Shown here one piece after another: positions 36,815-46,558 of a DNA stretch of 64,000 bases (position 1 is its first letter; every line of letters starts with the position of its first letter). This DNA is from Myxococcota bacterium (GTDB taxonomy: Bacteria > Myxococcota_A > UBA796): assembly GCA_047621685.1 (NCBI GenBank), contig JBLHNG010000001.1, positions 16,986 through 80,985 on the forward strand, read 5' to 3'. Under the pieces are notes generated by a model. The model did not search any database. It saw only the letters and a program-made list of their open reading frames with translations, and was not told the origin of the DNA. A program made the translations under genes and the position numbers.

Positions 36815-37872
36815 TGGCCAACCTCGGCTACCTCCAGCTCACCCGCAACTGCGTCCAGCGCTGCCGGTTCTGCAGCAACCCGCCCACCGGGGTCGAGCTG
36901 ACCGAGCCCCAGATGCGGGGCCTCATCGATGAGCTGGTCGACCTGGGCTACGACGGGGTCATCCTGACCGGCGGCGAGCCCAGCTACTCCCCGCTGCTGT
37001 TCCCCGCCCTGAAGTACGCCACCGAGAAGGGGCTGTACAACCGGATGATCACCAACGGGCAGCGTCTCGCGGAGCCGGACTTCTTCCAGAAGTGCGTCGA
37101 TGCCGGGCTGTCCCACATCCACGTCTCGCTGCACTCCTGCCGTCGGGAAGTCCACGACTACATCACCCGCTACCCCGGGGCCTATGATGTGCTCGTCCGC
37201 TGCCTGGAGTTGGTGCCGAAGATGGGCATCACCTGTGACATCAACACGGTAATAAACACGTATAACGCTGATCATCTCCATGAGACGGTCCAGTGGCTCT
37301 GTGAGCGGTTCCCGTTCATCCGCCACTTCGTCTGGAACAACATGGACCCGGACGGCAACCGCGCGGAGGACAACCCCGACTGCATCGCGTTTCACCATGA
37401 GTTCCAGGTCAGCCTGGAGCTGGCGATGGACTACCTCTCCCGCACCGGACGCACCTTCCGGGCCGAGCGGGTTCCGCTGTGCTTCATGCGGCGCTACGCC
37501 CACTGCTCGACTGAGACCCGCAAGATCGTCAAGGAGGAGGAGCGCTGCATCCAGTTCCTCGACAACAAGGGCTTCGTCCACCAGCTGGAATTCCTGCACG
37601 GCAAGGGAGACGCCTGCAATGCGTGCCGCTGGGACGGCATCTGTGCAGGCATGTTCTCGATGGCGCGGACTTTCGATGAGCGGGAGCTGTCGCCGATCTT
37701 CGAGGATCCCCTCCCGGTCATTCGGGCGGTGCTCGGAGAGGAGCCCACCCCGGCCCTTCTGGAGCGGATCGAGGCCAGGAAGGGGCGCCGAAGCACCACC
37801 GAGCAGCCCGACGAAGAGACGCGGGGTGCGTACCGGATGCTGCCGCTGTTCCGCTCAGCGGTGAGAGAGTAG
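36814..37872 (+). CDS. Radical SAM protein with SPASM-like Cys motif (rSAM4)
   Basis: LTRNCVQRCRFCSN, LTGGEPSY, ITNGQRL, VSLHSCRREVHDYITRYPGAY, CNACRWDGICAG. ATG overlaps the rSAM3 stop (TGATG). Confidence 0.85.
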   Translation: MANLGYLQLTRNCVQRCRFCSNPPTGVELTEPQMRGLIDELVDLGYDGVILTGGEPSYSPLLFPALKYATEKGLYNRMITNGQRLAEPDFFQKCVDAGLSHIHVSLHSCRREVHDYITRYPGAYDVLVRCLELVPKMGITCDINTVINTYNADHLHETVQWLCERFPFIRHFVWNNMDPDGNRAEDNPDCIAFHHEFQVSLELAMDYLSRTGRTFRAERVPLCFMRRYAHCSTETRKIVKEEERCIQFLDNKGFVHQLEFLHGKGDACNACRWDGICAGMFSMARTFDERELSPIFEDPLPVIRAVLGEEPTPALLERIEARKGRRSTTEQPDEETRGAYRMLPLFRSAVRE

Positions 37873-38552
37873 CGCCACGGCGATGTTGTCCTCACCGCCA
37901 TGTTCCAGGGCAGCGGTGGTCAGGTTGATCGCGGCCTGTTGGGCGGTGCCCCCGGTGGCGATCTGGCCGACCTGATGGGCGGAGAGAGTGGGGATGTTGT
38001 AGCGGCACTCGGGCAGCCCATCGGATGCCAATATGATCCGATCACCAGCCTGTAACGAGTACTCTCCCGTGCTCACTGACAGCAACCTCCAGTCCCCGAG
38101 GTAGCGCCCTTCCAGGGGGTTGAGCACCACCGTCTGCTCCGAACGGAGTCGATAGAGCCGGCAGTCTCCGATGGAAGCCCAGCTGAGCCAGTCCTCCTGA
38201 ACCACCACCGCCAGCAGCGCGCAGGCTGAGGAGCCAAGCAGCACCCGCCGGTTGATCTTCGAGAGCCGCCCCTTCAGCCAGCCGATCGGATCGTTGTCTG
38301 GGGGGGAGGACATCGCGGCATACAGCAGGGCGTCGACCGCAGTCTCCGCAGAGCTGCGCCCGAAGTGAGCGTCTGCGACCACTGCGACGGAGGCACCGGA
38401 CACGGTGACCACACCGCAGGAGTCTTCGTTGGGATCCTGCTTCGGCGCCGGACTCTCCAGACCCCGACACAGGGCAAGCCCCCAGCCGCCGTGCTCGGCG
38501 TGCTGGATGGTGCCATATTCGATGCAGTCACGCCCATGAAGGACGGCAGGCT

Positions 38553-38556
<4 letters not shown>
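37855..38556 (-). CDS. PP2C-family Ser/Thr protein phosphatase
   Basis: NEDSCGV, VADAHFG, ILASDGL and GGEDNIAVALL motifs. Confidence 0.85.
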
Positions 38557-39560
<1,004 letters not shown>

Positions 39561-39626
39561 TGTGGAATCCCCATCTCTCTCAGTGAGTTGAGCGCAGGAT
39601 ACCCTGCGGTTTCAGGAGGAGTTGTC

Positions 39627-40043
39627 ATGTCTGTGCTATCGCTATTGATCGGAACCGCTTTGGCGGATGTTCAGGTCTCGGTCTCGGAGCTTTCTGTCGA
39701 TGGACTCCAGGTCCGTTCTCTTGAATGTACCCTGGATAAGGGCGGGTTTCTGGCCGCTGCCACGGTCGTGGGCTCGCTCGCACAGCAGGACGACGCATTG
39801 GACGCCTGTTCCCAGGAAGGAGCGGCATTCTCGGTGCAGTGGACCTGGGGGGCCGCTTCGGATGCGGTGGTGCTCACATCCAGCCGTCCCAGCGCAGATG
39901 TCTGCATTCAGTCAATTCTGAAGACCACCACCTCCAGCCTCAACGGGCAGTGCACGGCGGTGATCCTGGTCGGTGAGGAGGTCGCGGCTGCTGCGGCTGC
40001 GACTGCATTGGCTACAGCCGCGTCGCCTCCGGCCACCCCGTGA
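39627..40043 (+). CDS. Small hypothetical secreted protein
   Basis: ATG 39627 preceded by AGGAGGA. MSVLSLLIGTALA signal-like N-terminus. No recognisable domain. Confidence 0.45.
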   Translation: MSVLSLLIGTALADVQVSVSELSVDGLQVRSLECTLDKGGFLAAATVVGSLAQQDDALDACSQEGAAFSVQWTWGAASDAVVLTSSRPSADVCIQSILKTTTSSLNGQCTAVILVGEEVAAAAAATALATAASPPATP

Positions 40044-41035
40044 GCCATGGTCGGGTCCTCCAGAGCGGCTTCTCCCCGCCCTGGTGGCTGAAGAACCCCC
40101 ACCTCCAGACCTTCTGGCCGGTGCTCTTCCGCCGCCAGCCGCCCCTGCCGCACCGCACTGAGCGGCTGGAGCTGCCAGACGGAGACTTCGTGGATCTGTG
40201 CTGGACCGGTCCCGATCAGGGGCCACTGGTCATCGTGCTCCATGGCCTCCAGGGCTCGATTCAATCGCCTTACGCCGTCGGCATCCTGCGGACCCTGGCC
40301 GAGCGCGGCATTCGGGGAGTGCTGATGCACTTTCGGGGCTGCTCCGGGCAGCCCAACCGTCTGGCACGGGGCTACCACTCCGGTGAGACCGAGGATCTGC
40401 GCTTCCTCATCTCCACCCTTCGACAGCGAGAGCCGGAGACCCCGCTTGCGGCGGTGGGCTACTCGCTGGGCGGCAACGTGCTGCTGAAGTACCTCGGGGA
40501 GTCCGGCGCAGAGACCCCGCTGTGTGTGGGCGCGGCGGTCTCGGTGCCGATGGTGCTGCGGACCGCCTCGGACCGACTCGGGAGCGGTCTGTCCCGGATC
40601 TACGACCGCTACCTGCTCCGGGGGCTGCTGGCTGGCGCGAAGAACAAGGCGGCACTGCTGGAGGGGGCGGGGCTGGATGTGCCAGCGGTGCTGGACTGCC
40701 AGAGCATCCGGGAGTTCGACGATCGGCTGACCGCTCCGCTCCATGGCTTCGCCGATGCGCCGGACTACTACACTCAATGCTCCAGCCGCAGCTTCCTCGA
40801 CCGCATCCAGCGTCCCACCCTCATCCTCCACGCCGCCGACGATCCGTTCATGCGCCCCGATGTGGTCCCCGATGCGACCGAGCTGTCGGAGTCGGTGACC
40901 CTGGAGCTGTCTGAGGGCGGCGGGCACGTCGGGTTCGTCTCGGGGATCGGGCGGTACTGGCTGGAGGAGCGGATCCCGGCGTTCATTACTCCGATGCTGC
41001 TCAGCTCCCCAGAAGCCGCCACAGGGTCAGCTTGA
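40040..41035 (+). CDS. Alpha/beta hydrolase, YheT/ABHD1-3-like
   Basis: PLVIVLHGLQGS..SPY, GYSLGGNVLLKYLGE (GxSxG nucleophile elbow), C-terminal GGHVGF. Confidence 0.8.
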   Translation: MSHGRVLQSGFSPPWWLKNPHLQTFWPVLFRRQPPLPHRTERLELPDGDFVDLCWTGPDQGPLVIVLHGLQGSIQSPYAVGILRTLAERGIRGVLMHFRGCSGQPNRLARGYHSGETEDLRFLISTLRQREPETPLAAVGYSLGGNVLLKYLGESGAETPLCVGAAVSVPMVLRTASDRLGSGLSRIYDRYLLRGLLAGAKNKAALLEGAGLDVPAVLDCQSIREFDDRLTAPLHGFADAPDYYTQCSSRSFLDRIQRPTLILHAADDPFMRPDVVPDATELSESVTLELSEGGGHVGFVSGIGRYWLEERIPAFITPMLLSSPEAATGSA

Positions 41036-41600
41036 GGTACTCGTTGCGCACCTGCCGACGCTGACGGTCATCTCGCCACCAGCCGTCGGGATCAAACGGG
41101 TCCTCTGGTGCTGGCGCGGTGAGCACCTCAATGTCCAACGACTCAAGCACTTCCTCGAACAGCACCCCGGCCCGCCAGGTGTGGTAGGGCGAGGTGACCA
41201 CGATGATCCTTCCCCATCCCCGATCCACGGCATAGTCCGCTGCAGCACGGGCTTCCTGGAGGGTGGAGGGCTCGTACTGTCCCGAGACGAGGATGCGATC
41301 TTCAGGCACCCCGAGGGTCTGGAGGAGCCGGGCGGTCTTGTAGGCCTGTGAGCGGGTCCCATCGGACTCGATGCCGCCCACAGCGAGCACCACCGGAGCG
41401 AGGCCCTCGGCGAACAGGGCCGCGCCATGCGGTGCCCGATGCTGAGCATCTCCACCGAGAATCACGACTGCATCAGCGACGGTCAGGGTGTCCTGGCGGA
41501 CGAGTTGGTGTCCGATCGTAGACGCAAGCGGGCCGCTCAGGCCGAGGAGAATCCCCACCAGAGACATCAGGAGCAGCAGTCTCTGCCATCGCCTGCCCAT
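41001..41600 (-). CDS. DUF218 (YdcF/ElyC-like) membrane-anchored protein
   Basis: MGRRWQRLLLLMSLVGILLGL anchor, VILGGD, VVTSPYHTWRA. Start uncertain (ATG 41600 or 41627); the ORF-track start at 41864 is an unlikely extension. Confidence 0.7.
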   Translation of the reverse strand: MGRRWQRLLLLMSLVGILLGLSGPLASTIGHQLVRQDTLTVADAVVILGGDAQHRAPHGAALFAEGLAPVVLAVGGIESDGTRSQAYKTARLLQTLGVPEDRILVSGQYEPSTLQEARAAADYAVDRGWGRIIVVTSPYHTWRAGVLFEEVLESLDIEVLTAPAPEDPFDPDGWWRDDRQRRQVRNEYLKLTLWRLLGS

Positions 41601-41629
41601 GCCACCGTTGTATCGGTAGACTCCCATCC

Positions 41630-41952
41630 ATGCACCCCTTCCATGAGCTGTATGGTGCGCTTCCCCGGCAGGGACCGGGCTCAGCGACCTCGACCCGTCG
41701 GGCGCTCTCCGCGCTCGACCTCTTGCATGGCGCCTCCGTGCTCGACATTGGCTGTGGCTCTGGCACCCAGACCACCGCTCTCGCCGAGCGGGAAGACCTG
41801 TGCTGCAGGATCGAATCGCACAGCTCTGGCCGTCCTGGTCCGCTGATGAGACACGACGAGCCATCTTGGAGGAAGCTCGCCGCGAGGTCTCGCTGTTTGA
41901 GCGTTACAGCTGTGAATACGGCTATGTGTTCTACTTGATTCGGGCTCAGTAA
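41630..41952 (+). pseudogene. Remnant of a class I SAM-dependent methyltransferase (internal deletion plus frameshift)
   Basis: Frame 1 encodes a ~55-aa N-terminus with motif I (VLDIGCGSGTQTTALAE), then degenerates. A different frame from ~41790 reads RIAQLWPSWSADETRRAILEEARREVSLFERYSCEYGYVFYLIRAQ-stop (41950..41952), a typical C-terminus of such enzymes. The middle ~150 aa of a normal enzyme are missing. Confidence 0.55.
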
Positions 41953-43163
41953 GCCTTCAGCCAGCCCCAGGTCGGGCTCGCCCAGTTGGCAGTGGTGGGG
42001 GGCTGGGACCACTCGGTGGGGCGGCCGGTGTAGCCCTCGGTCACCAGACTGCCGACGAAGCTGGCGTCGGAGTAGACCCGATCGATCTGCGCACGGAGCC
42101 GGGCGGCATCGGCATCGGTGAGGGTGCCGGTGTCGGTGGCCTGGTAGAACTGCACGGTCACCCGGACCGGGAATTGATCATCGCGCTCAATGTCGAGATC
42201 GTGGAGCTCGGTGAATGGACCCTCGACCGCGCCGTGTCCGATCACCGCCTGCTCCATGCCCCGGCTGTTCTGGGAGGCTGGCATGTTCATGTCCATGGCG
42301 TCGACCTCCAACATTCCGCCGTAGCCGAAGAGTCCTTGATTGGGCGCTTTCTGCTTGAGCGGGACCTGGATGACCAGCACGACGTTGTTCATGCCCTCCT
42401 GGACTGCCTGCTCCCGGGGCGTGTTGGCGGTGTTGTCGTCGCCGCCGTTGTCGATCCAGTCGCTGAGGCGCTCGGCAACGAACGGAGCACGCTGTCCGTC
42501 GTGGTTGAAGAACAGCGGCTGGCTCATGTACCCGCCGTCGTTCTCGACGACTGAGATGCTGGTGCCCTCTCGGGTGGCGACGATGGTGAGCACCGCCGGG
42601 TCGCCGGGGTAGGACTGGTAGTTGTAGATCACCGGGGTGAAGGTGGCCTCTCCATGAGCAGGCACCGGGAGCAGGCAGGCCTGGGCGCTGACCAGGACGT
42701 GCTCGTCGCGATCCGCCCACACCGAGCGCTGTCGCCCTTCCCAGGAGCCGGGCTCATGCAGGAAGCCACGGAGATTCTGGAGCATCTGGTCCAGCCGGAT
42801 CGCTTCCAGGTCGCTGCCGCGCTCGTTGCCGGCCAGCAACCAGAACCGGTCGGACTGAACATCGGCTGTAACATCGTTAAAGTTATCGAATCGCAGGACC
42901 GGCATCGGGTGAAGTGCGCCGGAGCTGTCTCGAACGCCGATGGTCATGTCGCTGATGTTTGGCCCCCATGACGAGCCCTTGCTGCGGCCAGTGTCCTCCC
43001 AGGTGACGTTGACCAGGCTCAGCCCGTGGCGGGCGGCGGTCTGGGTAGCGTTGCTGTCCCAGACCATTCCCTCGACCTGACTGATGGTCGCGTCGATGGT
43101 GGAGCGACTGCGGGCGTCGGCGCTGAGGCTGAGGGCGGCTGCGAGGGGGAGGAGGAAGCGCAT
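41946..43163 (-). CDS. Hypothetical secreted protein
   Basis: ATG 43163 preceded by GGAGA. MRFLLPLAAALSLSADA signal peptide. ~400 aa with coding-like composition and no motif recognised. Confidence 0.6.
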   Translation of the reverse strand: MRFLLPLAAALSLSADARSRSTIDATISQVEGMVWDSNATQTAARHGLSLVNVTWEDTGRSKGSSWGPNISDMTIGVRDSSGALHPMPVLRFDNFNDVTADVQSDRFWLLAGNERGSDLEAIRLDQMLQNLRGFLHEPGSWEGRQRSVWADRDEHVLVSAQACLLPVPAHGEATFTPVIYNYQSYPGDPAVLTIVATREGTSISVVENDGGYMSQPLFFNHDGQRAPFVAERLSDWIDNGGDDNTANTPREQAVQEGMNNVVLVIQVPLKQKAPNQGLFGYGGMLEVDAMDMNMPASQNSRGMEQAVIGHGAVEGPFTELHDLDIERDDQFPVRVTVQFYQATDTGTLTDADAARLRAQIDRVYSDASFVGSLVTEGYTGRPTEWSQPPTTANWASPTWGWLKAY

Positions 43164-43212
43164 TGGTGTCTCCGTTTCGTTTCGGAACATCAACGGGCGC
43201 TTCGGAGCGGGC

Positions 43213-43545
43213 TTACAGCGCGGGGGTGTTTTTGTTGTCCAGCGCCTTCTGGCGGCCAGTCCACTTCGCAACGATCGGGGTCAGGGCCAGGGTCGCGAGG
43301 ATGCGAAACGGCTGGATCGCCTTGGTCGCGGCATAGGCGATGACCACAGTCCCGGTCTTTCCAGTGCCGCTGTCCACCTCAAAGCCAGCCTTGATCGCAA
43401 TGAAAAAGACAGCGATGGAGCCGAAGAAGATGGTGAAGTAGATGATGAACGCCAGGCGTCCATATGTCTCCATCAGCGCCTTGAGCTGCTCCTTGAGCGC
43501 CTGAAGACGCTCCTTGATCGACGGCTTCTTCTCTTCTTCGCCCAC
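43213..43545 (-). CDS. DUF1279 (FAM210-like) small membrane protein
   Basis: LKALMETYGRLAFIIYFTIFFGSIAVFF...YAATKAIQPFRILATLALTPIVAKW. GTG 43545 preceded by GGGGGAG is preferred to ORF-track start 43629, which overlaps the upstream gene. Confidence 0.5.
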   Translation of the reverse strand: MGEEEKKPSIKERLQALKEQLKALMETYGRLAFIIYFTIFFGSIAVFFIAIKAGFEVDSGTGKTGTVVIAYAATKAIQPFRILATLALTPIVAKWTGRQKALDNKNTPAL

Positions 43546-43573
43546 GGTCTCCCCCCTTGCGACCCCTCCAGTA

Positions 43574-44863
43574 TCAGGGAATCGGAGAGTCTGGAGCAGA
43601 CAGGAGCACCTCAGCCGGTCCCGGGCCACTCAGGGCCTCCAGGAACGCCACCACATCGGCGACACCCGCTTCATCCAGCTCAAGCGGCACCATCAGGTCT
43701 TCCCGGTGCCCCCAGTCTGGCTCCTCGTCCAGCTCATTGTAGAAGGTGACCACCTCCGTGAGAGACTCGAAGTGACCGCCGTGCATATACGGTGGGTGTG
43801 AGGCGACGTTTCTCAGAGAGGGGACCTTGAACTGGCCGAGCTGTTCGGGGGTCTGGGCGAGGAAGTTGAGGGTGATCTCAGCGGACGCCGGATCGTCGGA
43901 GTAGGGGCCGGTGCCGTTGAACGGGCTCTCCAGCAGAGCGGTGATGCCGTCGAACCGGCCAGTGTCCTCAGGGCGCAGCCAGTCCCGGGGGCCGAGGCCG
44001 ATGTTGTGGAACTCGTTGTTGGAGTAGTTCGCACCGGCGTGGCAGAAGTGGCAGTTGCCCTCGCCGACGAACACCTCCAGGCCGCGCTGGGCCTCCTCGG
44101 AGAGCAGCCCGGAGGCGGCATCTTCGCCTTGTGAGACCAGGGTGTCGATGTAGTCGTCTGCGGGGGCGGGGCCGGTGACGATGAGGCGCTCATAGGCCGC
44201 GATGGCCTTGCCGACGTTGGCGAAGATGGTGTTGATGGTGGTCTGGTCTTCGGCAGCCATGCCGTCCCAGGCGATGTGGAGCGGATCGGTGATGTCCTCC
44301 ATCGGACGACCGGCGGGGGGGAATCGCTCAGCGTCGGAGAGGTCGGGCAGCGTGGTGAAGACGGCAGCATAGGCCGCAGAGAGGTCCGCATCGTTGGCCA
44401 GGAGGTGTGCGACCTGGAGCCGGGTGAAGTCCATCTCACCGGGATCTTCGATGGGGCCGAGCGCCTGGCACCAGTGGGAGTCGCAGCGGCCGTCCCAGAA
44501 CATCCACCGGTTGTAGACGGTGTTGAAGATGGAGGGGGCGTGACGGCCGGTGGTGGAGAGGCCCTCAGACAGTGCGAGCCCGTCGCCAAAGCCCAGTGTC
44601 GGCTCGTGGCAGGTCGCACAGGACACCGCGCCGTTGTCGGAGAAGCGGTCGTCGAAGTAGAGCCAGCGGCCGAAGTGTGCGGCGTCTTCGTCGTCTGCGA
44701 CGGCGTTGGTTGGGTCCGCAGGGATGGCCGGAAGCGGGGTGAGAGAGGCGAGGATCGCCAGCTCTTCATTGGTGAACCGGCCGGTCTGCTCTGCGGTGTC
44801 TCCGGTGTCCGGGCTGCCGGAGCAGGCGAAGAGGATCAGGAGACTACTCACAGCATTCCACAT
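43574..44863 (-). CDS. Di-haem cytochrome c peroxidase / MauG family
   Basis: Two CxxCH motifs (CATCHEP, CHFCHAG), PSLRNV...PYMHGG distal motif, lipoprotein-like N-terminus (LILFACSG). Confidence 0.9.
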   Translation of the reverse strand: MWNAVSSLLILFACSGSPDTGDTAEQTGRFTNEELAILASLTPLPAIPADPTNAVADDEDAAHFGRWLYFDDRFSDNGAVSCATCHEPTLGFGDGLALSEGLSTTGRHAPSIFNTVYNRWMFWDGRCDSHWCQALGPIEDPGEMDFTRLQVAHLLANDADLSAAYAAVFTTLPDLSDAERFPPAGRPMEDITDPLHIAWDGMAAEDQTTINTIFANVGKAIAAYERLIVTGPAPADDYIDTLVSQGEDAASGLLSEEAQRGLEVFVGEGNCHFCHAGANYSNNEFHNIGLGPRDWLRPEDTGRFDGITALLESPFNGTGPYSDDPASAEITLNFLAQTPEQLGQFKVPSLRNVASHPPYMHGGHFESLTEVVTFYNELDEEPDWGHREDLMVPLELDEAGVADVVAFLEALSGPGPAEVLLSAPDSPIP

Positions 44864-45257
44864 CGAAGTAGCCCTCTTCAGTCACGCCATCCTGGGTCAG
44901 CGCGAACTCAATCGTCCAGTGGCCGGTCATGTGGAACAGGAGCGGGGTGGCGGTGAAGGTACCGTCGCCGTTGTCGGTGACTTCCGGGGTGACGTTCATG
45001 CCGTGCCCGTGGCTGGTCATCACCGCATCAAGTTCCACGGAAGCACCCGTTAGCGGTGTGCTTCCATCGGACTCAAATGCGGAGAGGGTCACCGAGAAGT
45101 AGTCATCGTTGGGGATGGAGGTGGGGTCGGTGGTGTAGGAAGCCATGAACGAGCCGCCGTCCGTGGCAGCGGTGGTGGTGAAGTTGGTCTCCACCACGCT
45201 CCCAGAGTCGCCCTCTTTGTCTCCACAGCCAATCAGCATGGCAAGCATCCACATCAT
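44844..45257 (-). CDS. Small lipoprotein, YtkA/FixH-like
   Basis: MMWMLAMLIGCGD lipobox. MTSHGHGMNVTPEVTDNGDGTFTATPLLFHMTGHWTIEF resembles the YtkA-like domain. Overlaps the peroxidase gene by 20 nt. Confidence 0.55.
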   Translation of the reverse strand: MMWMLAMLIGCGDKEGDSGSVVETNFTTTAATDGGSFMASYTTDPTSIPNDDYFSVTLSAFESDGSTPLTGASVELDAVMTSHGHGMNVTPEVTDNGDGTFTATPLLFHMTGHWTIEFALTQDGVTEEGYFDVECCE

Positions 45258-45316
45258 TGCTCTCCTCCTCGTTCATGTATCTGGCACCTTCGATACGGCC
45301 ACACGCTACCTCTGGA

Positions 45317-46558
45317 TCACGGTGAAGTCGGTGGAAGTCCGGGAGCGGGCAGCACCCGCAGCAGGGAGACGGCATCGGGCGAGAAGAAATCATTGATGAA
45401 AGCATTGATTTCAGCGATGGGTAGCGTCTCAGCATCGTCGATGACCGCCGTGCTGTGATCCTGCGGCCAGTCGTGCCGGAGGGCCTCCATGGTGGCGAGC
45501 AGGGCGTCATCGGGTGTGGTGGGTGTGTCGCGGAGCCGGAGGGCGCGGATCGCGACGGTGCGCTCTGGCTCGGTGATGCCACGGGCGGCGAAGTCCGAGA
45601 GGAGCTGATCGGTGAGCTGTGTGGTCTGGCTGAGCTGGCTGGCCCGGGTCGGGATGGTGATGGTCATCAGTCCAGGGATGGGTCCGGCACCGTCAGAAGC
45701 GGAGAGGCTGTAGATCAGCCCGGCCTCATGGCGGAGGGCGATCAGCAGTCGGCTTCGAGCGCCACCCGCGAGTGCATGCAGCGCGACCAGGAGCGCGGGG
45801 TAGTCCGGATCGGTCTTCGCGAGGCCCGCCCGGGCCAGCACGACCGCACCCTGCCCCCCGCCCGGAAGCCACCCGGCCCTCACGCCGCCGGGGGTGGGCG
45901 GGATGGGGGTCAGCACCGGGGCGAGGTTGTCGGGCAGCGTGGTGGCGGGAGTCGGCAGCAGTGCAGCGGCGGACTCTCGGGCCTGCTGGATGGTTACATC
46001 ACCTGTAAAGCCGATGATACGATCCTGGAGGCCAACCAGCGCCGAGCGGGTTCGCTGAAGCCGGGACAGCCTTCGAGGCGGAGACGGAGCGGGTCGGCGG
46101 CGCAGATCCCGGGGATCGAGCAGCATGCGCTCCACCATGACCGACAGGGCGCGCCGGGGTGCCTCCCATGGCCCCCGACCCGCGCTTCGCCAGGCCCGCA
46201 GCGTGCTCCGCTCAACCGAGCCGCCTGAGAGAAAGTCCGCGAGTGCGGAGATGGCGTGGTCGAGGTCCTGGGTCCGGAACCGGGCGGAGAGGGTGGTGCT
46301 CCACGCATCAGAGGACAGGTCCAGCGCCATGAGCTCGTCGATTCTAACCGTTAGCTGTGGGTCAGCGCGGGGCAGGTGCCAGGCGGCGGCGACATCGGCA
46401 TCCCACCACCAGGAACTCAGGCGCCCCACCGGCAGTGCAATGCGCACCCCGACGAGGGCGGCCCGGGTGTCGGGGACCACCACCAGGGTGTCGCCCTCTG
46501 GGGTGGTCTCGATGACCGGTGCCGCGAGCACCACAGCCAGCAGCAGCTCAGCCCACAT
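45317..46558 (-). CDS. M16 (pitrilysin) family peptidase-like protein, non-catalytic subunit
   Basis: Size and pairing with the upstream M16 gene. No HxxEH motif present. Confidence 0.65.
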   Translation of the reverse strand: MWAELLLAVVLAAPVIETTPEGDTLVVVPDTRAALVGVRIALPVGRLSSWWWDADVAAAWHLPRADPQLTVRIDELMALDLSSDAWSTTLSARFRTQDLDHAISALADFLSGGSVERSTLRAWRSAGRGPWEAPRRALSVMVERMLLDPRDLRRRPAPSPPRRLSRLQRTRSALVGLQDRIIGFTGDVTIQQARESAAALLPTPATTLPDNLAPVLTPIPPTPGGVRAGWLPGGGQGAVVLARAGLAKTDPDYPALLVALHALAGGARSRLLIALRHEAGLIYSLSASDGAGPIPGLMTITIPTRASQLSQTTQLTDQLLSDFAARGITEPERTVAIRALRLRDTPTTPDDALLATMEALRHDWPQDHSTAVIDDAETLPIAEINAFINDFFSPDAVSLLRVLPAPGLPPTSP

